Origin: Escherichia coli
GTDB lineage: Bacteria; Pseudomonadota; Gammaproteobacteria; Enterobacterales; Enterobacteriaceae
Length of the DNA: 64,000 bases
Direction: 5' to 3' (one strand)
Assembly: GCF_030013205.1 (NCBI RefSeq)
Contig: NZ_CP122648.1
Made by a program: the position numbers and the translations under genes. The notes under the pieces are model-generated. The model did not search any database and had not been told where the DNA came from. It saw only the letters and a list, made by a program, of their open reading frames with translations. Shown piece after piece: positions 12,905 through 22,300 of the stretch (positions are counted from its first letter, which is position 1; each line of letters opens with the position of its first letter).

Positions 12905-13046
12905 GAAACGGGAAAGCCCCTCCCGAGGAAGGGGCCTTAAATAAGGAAAGGGTCATGATGAAGATACTCATCATCGTGGTGCTCTTAGTGATTAGCTACC
13001 CAGCATACTAAGACTACCAGGGCGGGGGAAACCCCGCTCTACCCTC
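12905..13046 (-). ncRNA. sib: Sib antisense sRNA, copy 2; ends approximate
   Basis: Minus-strand promoter TTGACA (13076-13081) - 17 bp - TAATTT (13053-13058); same hairpin/T-tract terminator arrangement as copy 1. Confidence 0.5.
12955..13011 (+). CDS. ibs: Ibs-family type I toxin, 18 aa (MMKILIIVVLLVISYPAY)
   Basis: Second repeat copy; same signature and context. Confidence 0.75.
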   Translation: MMKILIIVVLLVISYPAY

Positions 13047-13232
13047 ACTCCTGAAATTATGCCTTCACGATAAGATTGTCAATCTGCAGGCTTTGCAGTC
13101 TGCGATCCCGCCAGCAAATATTCTTTGCGAGTCGTTACGCAATAATCACAGAGGAAACTATTTTGTTCACGCGTTAGCGATAGACTGCATTCAGGGCGAA
13201 AGGAGGTAAGCCGACGATTTCAGCGGGACGCT

Positions 13233-13382
13233 GAAACGGGAAACCCTCTCCCGGAGAAGAGGGCTTTTAATAAGGAAAGGGTTATGATGAAGCACGTCAT
13301 CATACTGGTGATACTCTTAGTGATTAGCTTCCAGGCTTACTAAGAACACCAGGGGGAGGGGGAAACCTCTCCCTAACCCTCA
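13233..13382 (-). ncRNA. sibA: Sib antisense sRNA, copy 3; ends approximate
   Basis: Minus-strand promoter TTGACA (13412-13417) - 17 bp - TAATTT (13389-13394); terminator hairpin ccctctcccggagaagaggg then T tract. Confidence 0.45.
13284..13343 (+). CDS. ibsA: Ibs-family type I toxin, 19 aa (MMKHVIILVILLVISFQAY)
   Basis: Third repeat copy; from memory this peptide is closest to K-12 IbsA. Confidence 0.7.
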   Translation: MMKHVIILVILLVISFQAY

Positions 13383-13563
13383 CTCCTGAAATTATGTCAC
13401 TCCGCCCTTAGTGTCAATCGACGGCTCTTCGTTCTTGCGAGGCGAATAGCAAAATTTTCTGCGCCGCCGGGCCTAATTCTGAAAGTTTCTTCGTTTGCTC
13501 TTATTTCATTATTGCAATCGGTATGATACCGGACCTCAATAATTCTCTAAGAAAGGATTTCTT

Positions 13564-14223
13564 ATGAGCGAACAAATCACGTTTGCCACCAGCGATTTTG
13601 CCAGTAACCCGGAACCACGTTGCCCCTGCATTTTGTTGCTGGATGTTTCTGGCTCGATGAGCGGAAGACCTATTAATGAACTTAATGCCGGATTGGTTAC
13701 CTTTCGCGATGAGCTGCTTGCCGACCCGCTGGCCTTAAAAAGAGTGGAACTCGGCATTGTGACGTTCGGCCCGGTGCATGTGGAACAACCCTTTACCAGC
13801 GCCGCTAATTTTTTCCCGCCCATCCTGTTTGCCCAAGGCGATACACCAATGGGCGCTGCCATTACCAAAGCCCTGGATATGGTAGAGGAGCGCAAACGTG
13901 AGTATCGTGCAAATGGTATTTCGTATTATCGCCCGTGGATTTTCCTGATCACCGATGGCGCTCCAACCGATGAGTGGCAGGCTGCCGCCAACAAAGTGTT
14001 TCAGGGGGAAGAAGATAAGAAGTTTGCCTTCTTTTCCATCGGTGTTCAGGGGGCGGATATGAATACTTTGGCACAAATCAGCGTTCGTCAGCCTTTGCCA
14101 CTGCAGGGATTACAATTCCGTGAACTGTTTAGCTGGTTATCCAGTTCGCTGCGTTCGGTTTCCCGCTCCACGCCGGGAACGGAAGTTGTGCTGGAAGCGC
14201 CAAAAGGCTGGACGTCAGTGTGA
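13564..14223 (+). CDS. yegL: YegL, von Willebrand factor A (vWA) domain protein (219 aa)
   Basis: Track ORF; MIDAS-type motif DVSGSMSG near the N-terminus; RBS aaggattt upstream. Confidence 0.9.
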   Translation: MSEQITFATSDFASNPEPRCPCILLLDVSGSMSGRPINELNAGLVTFRDELLADPLALKRVELGIVTFGPVHVEQPFTSAANFFPPILFAQGDTPMGAAITKALDMVEERKREYRANGISYYRPWIFLITDGAPTDEWQAAANKVFQGEEDKKFAFFSIGVQGADMNTLAQISVRQPLPLQGLQFRELFSWLSSSLRSVSRSTPGTEVVLEAPKGWTSV

Positions 14224-14981
14224 GCTGGCGTCTGGTCTATGCATCAACCGTTGGAACGTCGCACATCAGCGCGGACTTGCCTTGCCAGGATGCCTGCCAG
14301 ATGCAGGTTGCCTGGTTAAATGACCAGCAGCCATTATTGTCGGTATTTGTCGCTGATGGCGCAGGCAGTGTCTCGCAGGGTGGCGAAGGCGCGATGCTCG
14401 CCGTCAATGAAGCGATGGCTTATATGTCGCAAAAAGTGCAGGGCGGGGAATTGGGGCTTAATGATGTCCTCGCCACGGATATTGTGCTGACCATTCGTCA
14501 GCGACTTTTTGCCGAGGCGGAAGCCAAAGAATTAGCGGTTCGCGATTTTGCCTGCACATTTCTGGGACTGATTTCATCGCCTGACGGCACCTTGATTATG
14601 CAGATTGGCGATGGCGGCGTGGTGGTAGATTTGGGGCACGGTCTGCAACTGCCGCTCACGCCGATGGTGGGTGAATATGCCAATATGACGCATTTCATTA
14701 GCGATAAAGATGCTGTTTCCAGACTGGAAACTTTCACCAGCACTGAGCGTGCGCATAAAGTTGCAGCATTTACGGATGGTATTCAGCGACTGGCGTTAAA
14801 TATGCTGGATAATTCTCCGCATGTGCCTTTCTTTACCCCGTTTTTCAATGGACTGGCGGCAGCAACGCAGGAACAACTCGATTTATTACCTGAATTGTTA
14901 AAGCAGTTTTTGTCCAGCCCGGCGGTAAACGAGCGTACCGATGATGATAAAACGTTGGCACTGGCGCTGTGGTTACCATGA
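14220..14981 (+). CDS. yegK: YegK, PP2C-family Ser/Thr phosphatase-like protein (253 aa)
   Basis: Track ORF; GTG start overlapping the yegL stop (GTGA); PP2C-like acidic metal-binding motifs ([20 protein letters not shown]). Confidence 0.85.
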   Translation: MSWRLVYASTVGTSHISADLPCQDACQMQVAWLNDQQPLLSVFVADGAGSVSQGGEGAMLAVNEAMAYMSQKVQGGELGLNDVLATDIVLTIRQRLFAEAEAKELAVRDFACTFLGLISSPDGTLIMQIGDGGVVVDLGHGLQLPLTPMVGEYANMTHFISDKDAVSRLETFTSTERAHKVAAFTDGIQRLALNMLDNSPHVPFFTPFFNGLAAATQEQLDLLPELLKQFLSSPAVNERTDDDKTLALALWLP

Positions 14982-16918
14982 AACCCACTTTATATACTGC
15001 TACTGGTGAGTGCGTTACGCCAGGCCGTGAACTGGGCAAAGGTGGCGAAGGCGCGGTTTATGATATCGAGGAGTTTGCCGATAGCGTCGCCAAGATTTAT
15101 CACACGCCGCCACCCGCCTTAAAACAGGACAAACTTGCCTTTATGGCTGCGACAGCTGACGCACAGTTGCTGAATTATGTCGCCTGGCCGCAGGCAACGC
15201 TTCACGGTGGACGAGGCGGAAAAGTTATTGGTTTTATGATGCCAAAAGTTTCTGGTAAAGAACCGATTCATATGATCTATAGCCCGGCACATCGTCGTCA
15301 ACGTTACCCTCATTGTGCGTGGGATTTTCTACTCTATGTTGCGCGCAATATTGCTTCATCTTTTGCTACGGTTCACGAGCACGGGCATGTCGTGGGTGAC
15401 GTAAACCAGAACAGCTTTATGGTAGGCCGTGACAGCAAAGTGGTGTTGATTGATAGCGACTCCTTTCAGATTAACGCCAATGGCACGCTGCATTTATGCG
15501 AAGTCGGCGTGTCGCATTTTACGCCGCCAGAGCTGCAAACATTGCCATCATTTGTCGGTTTTGAACGTACCGCGAATCACGATAATTTTGGCCTTGCGTT
15601 GCTGATTTTTCACGTCTTGTTTGGTGGGCGGCATCCTTATTCCGGTGTACCGCTTATCTCTGATGCGGGTAATGCGCTGGAGACGGATATTGCCCATTTC
15701 CGTTATGCCTACGCGTCAGATAATCAGCGACGTGGTTTAAAACCGCCGCCACGATCGATTCCGCTGTCGATGTTACCGGGCGATGTTGAAGCCATGTTTC
15801 AGCAGGCATTCACGGAAAGTGGCGTGGCAACCGGGCGTCCGACGGCAAAAGCGTGGGTAGCGGCACTTGATTTACTACGCCAACAGTTAAAGAAATGTAC
15901 CGTTTCGGCAATGCATGTTTACCCCGCTCATTTGACTGACTGCCCGTGGTGTGCGCTGGATAATCAAGGCGTTATCTATTTTATTGATCTCGGCGAAGAG
16001 GTCATTACCACCGGCGGGAATTTTGTGCTGGCGAAAGTCTGGGCGATGGTGATGGCGTCAGTAGCACCGCCAGCATTGCAATTGCCATTACCCGATCATT
16101 TCCAGGCTGCTGGCAGGCCGCTTCCTTTAGGCCTGTTACGGCGCGAATACATCATTCTGATTGAGATCGCACTGTCAGCGTTATCGCTGTTGCTTTGCGG
16201 CCTTCAGGCAGAACCGCGTTATATCATTTTGGTTCCCATGCTGGCGGCTATCTGGATTATTGGCAGCCTGACAAGCAAAGCGTACAAAGCAGAAATCCAG
16301 CAACGCCGTGAGGCATTTAATCGCGCGAAAATGGACTATGACCATTTAGTCAGCCAGATCCAACAGTTGGGCGGGCTGGAAGGTTTTATCGCCAAACGGA
16401 CGATGCTCGAAAAAATGAAGGACGAAATTCTTGGGTTACCGGAAGAAGAAAAACGTGCTCTGGCAGCACTTCAGGACACCGCAAGGGAACGGCAGAAGCA
16501 GAAGTTTCTGGAGGGATTTTTTATTGATGTTGCCTCTATTCCCGGCGTTGGCCCTGCGCGTAAAGCTGCGTTACGGTCCTTTGGTATTGAAACGGCGGCA
16601 GACGTTACCCGACGGAGCGTTAAGCAAGTGAAAGGTTTTGGTGATCATCTGACCCAGGCGGTTATCGACTGGAAAGCGAGTTGCGAACGCCGTTTTGTTT
16701 TCAGGCCGAACGAAGCGGTAACGCCTGCAGACAGACAAGCGGTAATGGCAAAAATGGCCGCCAAACGACATCGGCTGGAATCGGCGCTGACTGTCGGTGC
16801 GACAGAGTTGCAGCGATTCCGCCTTCATGCTCCAGCACGGACCATGCCGTTGATGGAACCGTTACGTCAGGCGGCAGAAAAACTGGCTCAGGCGCAGGCT
16901 GATTTAAGCCGCTGCTGA
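14978..16918 (+). CDS. yegI: YegI, atypical Ser/Thr protein kinase-like protein with a C-terminal TM pair and HhH-like motifs (646 aa from the ATG; an in-frame GTG at 14969 is an alternative start)
   Basis: Track ORF 14969..16918; ATG at 14978 forms an ATGA overlap with the yegK stop; kinase-like G-loop GKGGEGAVY, lysine VAKIY, catalytic-loop-like HGHVVGDVNQNS, DFG-like IDSDSF; hydrophobic TM pair around residues 400-450; IPGVGPARKAAL and VKGFGDHL HhH-like motifs. Confidence 0.85.
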   Translation: MKPTLYTATGECVTPGRELGKGGEGAVYDIEEFADSVAKIYHTPPPALKQDKLAFMAATADAQLLNYVAWPQATLHGGRGGKVIGFMMPKVSGKEPIHMIYSPAHRRQRYPHCAWDFLLYVARNIASSFATVHEHGHVVGDVNQNSFMVGRDSKVVLIDSDSFQINANGTLHLCEVGVSHFTPPELQTLPSFVGFERTANHDNFGLALLIFHVLFGGRHPYSGVPLISDAGNALETDIAHFRYAYASDNQRRGLKPPPRSIPLSMLPGDVEAMFQQAFTESGVATGRPTAKAWVAALDLLRQQLKKCTVSAMHVYPAHLTDCPWCALDNQGVIYFIDLGEEVITTGGNFVLAKVWAMVMASVAPPALQLPLPDHFQAAGRPLPLGLLRREYIILIEIALSALSLLLCGLQAEPRYIILVPMLAAIWIIGSLTSKAYKAEIQQRREAFNRAKMDYDHLVSQIQQLGGLEGFIAKRTMLEKMKDEILGLPEEEKRALAALQDTARERQKQKFLEGFFIDVASIPGVGPARKAALRSFGIETAADVTRRSVKQVKGFGDHLTQAVIDWKASCERRFVFRPNEAVTPADRQAVMAKMAAKRHRLESALTVGATELQRFRLHAPARTMPLMEPLRQAAEKLAQAQADLSRC

Positions 16919-16930
16919 GCCATTTTTCAA

Positions 16931-18283
16931 TTAACGAAACACCACTTCCGCCCAGCGTGCCAGCCCGGCGGTGACGGAGCCAAAGTCATCGCCGCCTGCA
17001 ATCGGAATGCCCGGCAACTGTTCTGCCAGCGCTTTTTTAATCAGCGGCGAACGGGCGCTACCGCCGGTCAGGTAGATGACATCCGGTTTTTCCTGGGCGT
17101 TATCCAGGGCCAGTTGCACCTGTTCCAGAATCCGCATCAGTGGCTGGTTGAGGGCGCTTTCCAGCCCTTGCTGGCTAATCAGCGTAGCCAGTTCATCGCT
17201 GATAAACGGCAGTGAGGCGCGGGTTTCCGCTACGCTTGAAAGCGCAATTTTGCTCTCTTCTGCGCTACGTACCAGGCGATAGCTTAAACGCTGACGCCAG
17301 ACTTTCTGTAACAGGGCCACTTTTTCCGGTTCGCGGGCATCGCGTACCAGATCGTTAAGCAGACGACCGTTGGCACTACTGTAGAAATCACTTTGCGCAG
17401 GTACGTCGTTGATGGCAACCGCATTCCACCACGGCAGAATCGGCAGGGCGATGCCTTTTTCGGTTTCGCCCCCCATGCCCAGTAACGGCATCAGGTTTTT
17501 AAACGCCAGTGCGATATCCAGATCGTTACCGCCAATACGGCAACCACTGTGACCCAGCAGGCTGGCTTCACGATCGAGACGCGAACGCCACTGCGGCCCC
17601 ATCAGCAGCAATGAACAGTCAGTCGTACCACCGCCGATATCCACCACCAGCACCCGTTTTTCTTCCTGCAAAGTCGCTTCGTAATCCAGCCCTGCCGCTA
17701 CCGGCTCGTACTGGAATACCACATCCTTAAACCCGGCACGCTTCGCCGCGCGTTCCAGAATCCCCTGCGCCTGGGTGTTTGCTTCATCGCCGCCAAGCCC
17801 CTGGAAGTTGATCGGGCGACCAATCACTGCCTGAGTAATTGCCTCCGGCAGTTGAGCCTGCGCCTGCTGGCGAATGTGCAACATCATTGCGCAGACCAGA
17901 TCCTCAAACAGCGCTACCTGCTGCGGTTTTAAGCCGCTGGCACCGAGGAACGATTTTGGTGATTTCACAAACCACACTTCTTCTGGATCATCAATGTACT
18001 GTGCCAGTGAGGAAAGACCGAACTGCACGCTTTTCGCCGTAACATCGATATCTTCTTCGCGGTTATAACGAATCGCCCGACGCAACAGCGCCTGCGTTTC
18101 ATCGTCGTCTGCCGGAACATCATGATGGCGGTACAGCCATTCGCTTACCGCTTCACGCGTTGGCGCGCAAAGCATTGAAGGCAGCAGCGTGCTGTCGTTT
18201 TCCATTTTCAGTAATTGCGGCTTACCGTCGCGCATGACCGCCACTGAACAGTTTGCTGTACCGTAATCAAAACCAATAAACAC
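16931..18283 (-). CDS. yegD: YegD, Hsp70/actin-like ATPase family protein (450 aa)
   Basis: Track ORF 16931..18346; recognisable N-terminus FIGFDYGTANCSVAV begins at a GTG (18281-18283); Hsp70 phosphate-binding motifs (DIGGGTTD, LTGGSARSP). Confidence 0.85.
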   Translation of the reverse strand: MFIGFDYGTANCSVAVMRDGKPQLLKMENDSTLLPSMLCAPTREAVSEWLYRHHDVPADDDETQALLRRAIRYNREEDIDVTAKSVQFGLSSLAQYIDDPEEVWFVKSPKSFLGASGLKPQQVALFEDLVCAMMLHIRQQAQAQLPEAITQAVIGRPINFQGLGGDEANTQAQGILERAAKRAGFKDVVFQYEPVAAGLDYEATLQEEKRVLVVDIGGGTTDCSLLLMGPQWRSRLDREASLLGHSGCRIGGNDLDIALAFKNLMPLLGMGGETEKGIALPILPWWNAVAINDVPAQSDFYSSANGRLLNDLVRDAREPEKVALLQKVWRQRLSYRLVRSAEESKIALSSVAETRASLPFISDELATLISQQGLESALNQPLMRILEQVQLALDNAQEKPDVIYLTGGSARSPLIKKALAEQLPGIPIAGGDDFGSVTAGLARWAEVVFR

Positions 18284-18416
18284 GAAATAATCCCCATGCC
18301 GGTGAAGAAGGGGCGTGACTTTAGCGAAATGTTGCCGTCGCGACAACCGGAATATGAAAGCAAAGCGTAGCGTCTGAATAACGTTTATGCTGAAAGCGGA
18401 TTAACAAGGAGATGCG

Positions 18417-19274
18417 ATGTATACCTTGAACTGGCAGCCGCCGTATGACTGGTCGTGGATGTTGGGATTTCTCGCCGCCCGTGCGGTGAACGGTGTGGAA
18501 ACGGTCGCTGACGATTATTATGCCCGTAGTCTGGCGGTGGGCGAATATCGTGGCGTGGTGACTGCTATTCCGGATATAGCCAGCCATACTCTGCACATAA
18601 ATTTAAGAGCAGGTTTAGAACCCGTTGCCGCTGAGTGTCTGGCGAAAATGAGCCGCCTGTTTGATCTGCAATGTAACCCGCAGATTGTTAACGGTGCGTT
18701 GGGCAAGTTAGGCGCGGCACGGCCCGGATTGCGTTTACCCGGTTGTGTTGATGCTTTTGAGCAGGGCGTGCGGGCGATTTTAGGCCAGCTGGTGAGCGTG
18801 GCGATGGCGGCAAAATTGACCGCCAGAGTGGCACAGCTTTATGGCGAACGGCTGGATGATTTTCCGGATTATGTCTGCTTCCCCACGCCTCAGCGGCTAG
18901 CTGCAGCCGACCCGCAGGCATTAAAAGCGTTAGGTATGCCGTTGAAACGGGCAGAGGCACTGATTCATCTGGCAAATGCGGCGCTGGAGGGCACCTTACC
19001 AATGACAATACCGAGCGATGTGGAGCAGGCGATGAAAACGCTGCAAACTTTTCCGGGTATCGGGCGCTGGACGGCGAATTATTTCGCCTTACGTGGCTGG
19101 CAGGCGAAAGATGTTTTCCTGCCGGATGATTATCTGATTAAACAGCGATTTCCGGGAATGACACCGGCACAAATCCGCCGTTATGCCGAACGCTGGAAGC
19201 CCTGGCGTTCTTATGCGCTGTTGCATATCTGGTATACGGAAGGCTGGCAACCAGACGGAACGGACGAATTGTAG
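18417..19274 (+). CDS. alkA: 3-methyladenine DNA glycosylase II AlkA (285 aa)
   Basis: Track ORF; N-terminus MYTLNWQPPYDWSWMLGFLAARAV and HhH-GPD glycosylase core; C-terminus differs slightly from the K-12 sequence as I recall it. Confidence 0.9.
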   Translation: MYTLNWQPPYDWSWMLGFLAARAVNGVETVADDYYARSLAVGEYRGVVTAIPDIASHTLHINLRAGLEPVAAECLAKMSRLFDLQCNPQIVNGALGKLGAARPGLRLPGCVDAFEQGVRAILGQLVSVAMAAKLTARVAQLYGERLDDFPDYVCFPTPQRLAAADPQALKALGMPLKRAEALIHLANAALEGTLPMTIPSDVEQAMKTLQTFPGIGRWTANYFALRGWQAKDVFLPDDYLIKQRFPGMTPAQIRRYAERWKPWRSYALLHIWYTEGWQPDGTDEL

Positions 19275-19296
19275 GCCTGATACGCCGCATCAGGCG
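19271..19296. repeat. REP-like palindrome between convergent alkA and dgcE (gtaggcctgatacgccgcatcaggcg)
   Basis: REP-consensus-like inverted repeat; the alkA stop codon lies within it. Confidence 0.5.
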
Positions 19297-19311
19297 ATGG
19301 GGAAGCACGCC

Positions 19312-22300
19312 TTAGTTAATCGCGAAATAACTGCTATTCACCAGCAAATCCAGCGGTTGGGCATCGGCAATCACATCGCCATAAATCAGATCGACGCCGA
19401 TGCCAGAAAGCGTATCCATCACCAGGGGTAAAACTACTGGCCCGGCGATGGTCTTCATCCCGAGCCGCTGAGCGTGCCCCTGAATGATCGTAATCAGCAT
19501 CTCATCCATCAAATTTCCCTGCACGTTGGCGCATAACTCACCATCAAGTAGCAGGTAATCTGCCATATTCGCTTTCAGCGAGTTGAAGATTTGCAGATCG
19601 CGGCCCACCTGACTGAATACGATCCGACATCCCGCCAGCCGCAGTTTTTGCACGCTTTCTGCGTGATCTAAAATCGCGTCTGCCGGAATAATCAGATGTA
19701 ATAACCGTGGTGGTAGAGGGCTATTTTCCAGCTGCTCAATTAGTTCATTCACCAGCGTGGCGCTACTCAAACCGGCAACGGAAAGGGGGAGGGCGATACT
19801 TAAGCCTTTACTGGCAATCGCTTTTGCGGCCTGCTGGAAAAAATCGTGGAATACCCGTCGGTCAAGAGCATGGCTAAGTGCCGGATCGCTGAAACTACGA
19901 CGAAATGTTTGTTCATCAATAATCTCGCCTTCGCAACTCCAGAGCTTAAGTGAAATCAGCCACAAATTACGCGCTTCCGGGATCCGCGGCGAAGCGACAC
20001 CGTGGGCGATCATCATCAACTGATTCTCTTTAATCATCCGCCACTGTTCATCAAGCGATATCGCCGCCCGTTCGCTATGTGCGGCAGCTTGCTGCGGTTC
20101 GTAAACCGTCACCCGGCCCCGTCCACCATTTTTGGAGGCATAACAGGCGATATCAGCCTGTGACATCACTTCAGCCGCCTGATGATTGTTGTCATCAATT
20201 AAGGTAATCCCGGCACTGGCACCTACCCGATGTACACGTCCTTCCCAGATAAAGTGATAGTCATTCACGGCGCTGATAATGCGTGTAGCGATAAAACGCG
20301 CACTTTCGACATTACAATCTGGCAGCAGCAGACCAAATTCATCGCCACCGAGTCGCGCCAGCACGTCGCTGGAGCGCAGCATACTCAGCATCAACGACGC
20401 CAGTTCGCGCAGCAAAGCGTCGCCAGCGGCGTGCCCGGCGCTGTCATTCACCGCTTTAAAGCGATCAAGATCGATAAACACCAGTGCATGTCGCTGATGT
20501 GTACTGTTTACCGTTTGCAGCAGGATGCGTAGTTGCTTCTCAAAACTGGCGCGATTGGCGAGATGCGTCAGTGCATCATGGGAGGCGCTGTAGCTCAGCT
20601 GGCGCAGCATTTTGCGTGATTCGGTGACGTCCTGAATCACCAGAACCGAGCCTATATTGCTGCCGTCCAGAGTACTTAACGGCGTAATACTGTAATGCAC
20701 GTCGTAGCTGCCGCCGCTCCGACAGTGCAACACCACATCTTGTTCAATCGCGGAACGTGAGGTGTCGGCACTGTAAATGTTCTCCATTAATGGTCCGTTG
20801 TCGCCAAAAGTAATATGCAACACCGTCAGGAGCGGAACACCTAATGCTTCTTCCTGCGTCCAGCCGCTCATCTTCTCCGCCACCGGATTCATAAAGGTAA
20901 TTTTCATCGCCATATCAATACAGACCACGGCTTCGCCGATGGAATCCAGCGTAATGTGCAGGCGCTCTTTTTCCTGAAACAATGCCTCGTTAAGCTGTTT
21001 CACTTCGGTCATATCCATATTAATGCCGAGCAGGCGTTCGACTTCGCCTTCTTTATTCAGTACCCGGTTAGCGAGGGCGCGGATATGGCGAATGCCGTGT
21101 TTCACGGTAATGCGAAATTCCAGTTTAAAGGGAGAGCGTGATTGCAATGAATCGCGAATCACTTTTTCGGCGTGCTGGCGATCTTCCGGCAGCACGCACT
21201 CGTACCACACCTGCCAGTTCGGTTTGATATGCGGAGGAATTTCATACAGCTCGAACATCCGCTTATCCCAGCTAAAAATATTCGGCTTTAGCTCCCACTC
21301 CCAGATGCCAATCCCGCCCGCTTCGTTAGCCAGCGTGATGCGCTCCATCAGTTGCTGGTTCACCTGTTCGGTGCGTTTTAGCTCGTTAATGTCTTCAATC
21401 TGAGCGATAAAATAGAGCGGCGTACCATCGGTGTGGCGCACCAGTGAGACGGCAAGCAACGCCCAGACAACATCGCCATTGCGGTTGTAGTAGCGTTTTT
21501 CCATTGAATAGGTGTTTATTTCACCGCTGATCAGCTTTTCAACCTGTTGCAGATCTTTATTGAGATCCTCCGGCCAGGTCAGTTGCTGAAAGGTGAGTCC
21601 GCGCAGTTCTTCCTGACTGTAACCGAGAAACTGGCAGAGTGCTTTGTTGGATTGCAGCCATTGTCCCTCGGTGCCCACTAATGCCATGCCGATGGCGGAA
21701 TATTCCATGGCATTACGAAAACGGGTTTCGCTTTCGGAAATGTGTTTGCGTTCCGCACGAAAGGCATACATCACCATGGTCATGATGTTGGCGGGCAGCA
21801 GGATCAGCAAAAACGGTAGCCACGGCATATGGCTCATCAGATATGTACGCGGCGTAGCAAGCAGGGAGGGATCTGCGGCCATCATCAGCGACACCATCAT
21901 CACCGTGGTAAGGAAGATCAAAAAGGCTTCCATTCGTGGCAGGCGCACGGCGCTCCACATCAACAGCACAATAATGAAAGTAAAAGGCCACGGCAGATAC
22001 AGCATCGAAAGCCAGCTTAACGTCAGTGTGATGGCTAACGTGAGCAGCGACTCAAAAAGCAACCGTGGGTTGCGATGGCGCAGCAGATAGTGTGGTTTAA
22101 ATAACAATCCCAGCGGCACTAGTGCCAGTGCGCCGATGGATTCTGAAAGTACCCATATCAAAAATGCCCTGAGAGGATCGTCTCCGGGCGTCAGCAGGAC
22201 AACCAGAACACCCCCCAACAGAGGCGGAACAATGGCGCTGCCGAGTGCCAGACGCAGCCAGTCAGCCAGATTTTGCAATGGGTTATACCACGGCAGCAAT

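Larger units (their letters stand above)
12499..13398. repeat. Three direct tandem repeats (period 328 bp) each carrying an Ibs toxin ORF and an antisense Sib RNA (QUAD-type repeats)
   Basis: Repeat units start at 12499, 12827 and 13155 with the shared motif aaactatttt...gcgatagact...gggcgaaaggaggtaagccg; units 1 and 2 are near-identical, unit 3 more diverged. Confidence 0.9.

Noticed and set aside
12499..13398. Possible CRISPR array suggested by the regular direct repeats
   Set aside because: Repeat period is 328 bp, not 28-37 bp repeats with short spacers; the units contain a peptide ORF and antisense promoter/terminator typical of Ibs/Sib; no cas genes nearby.
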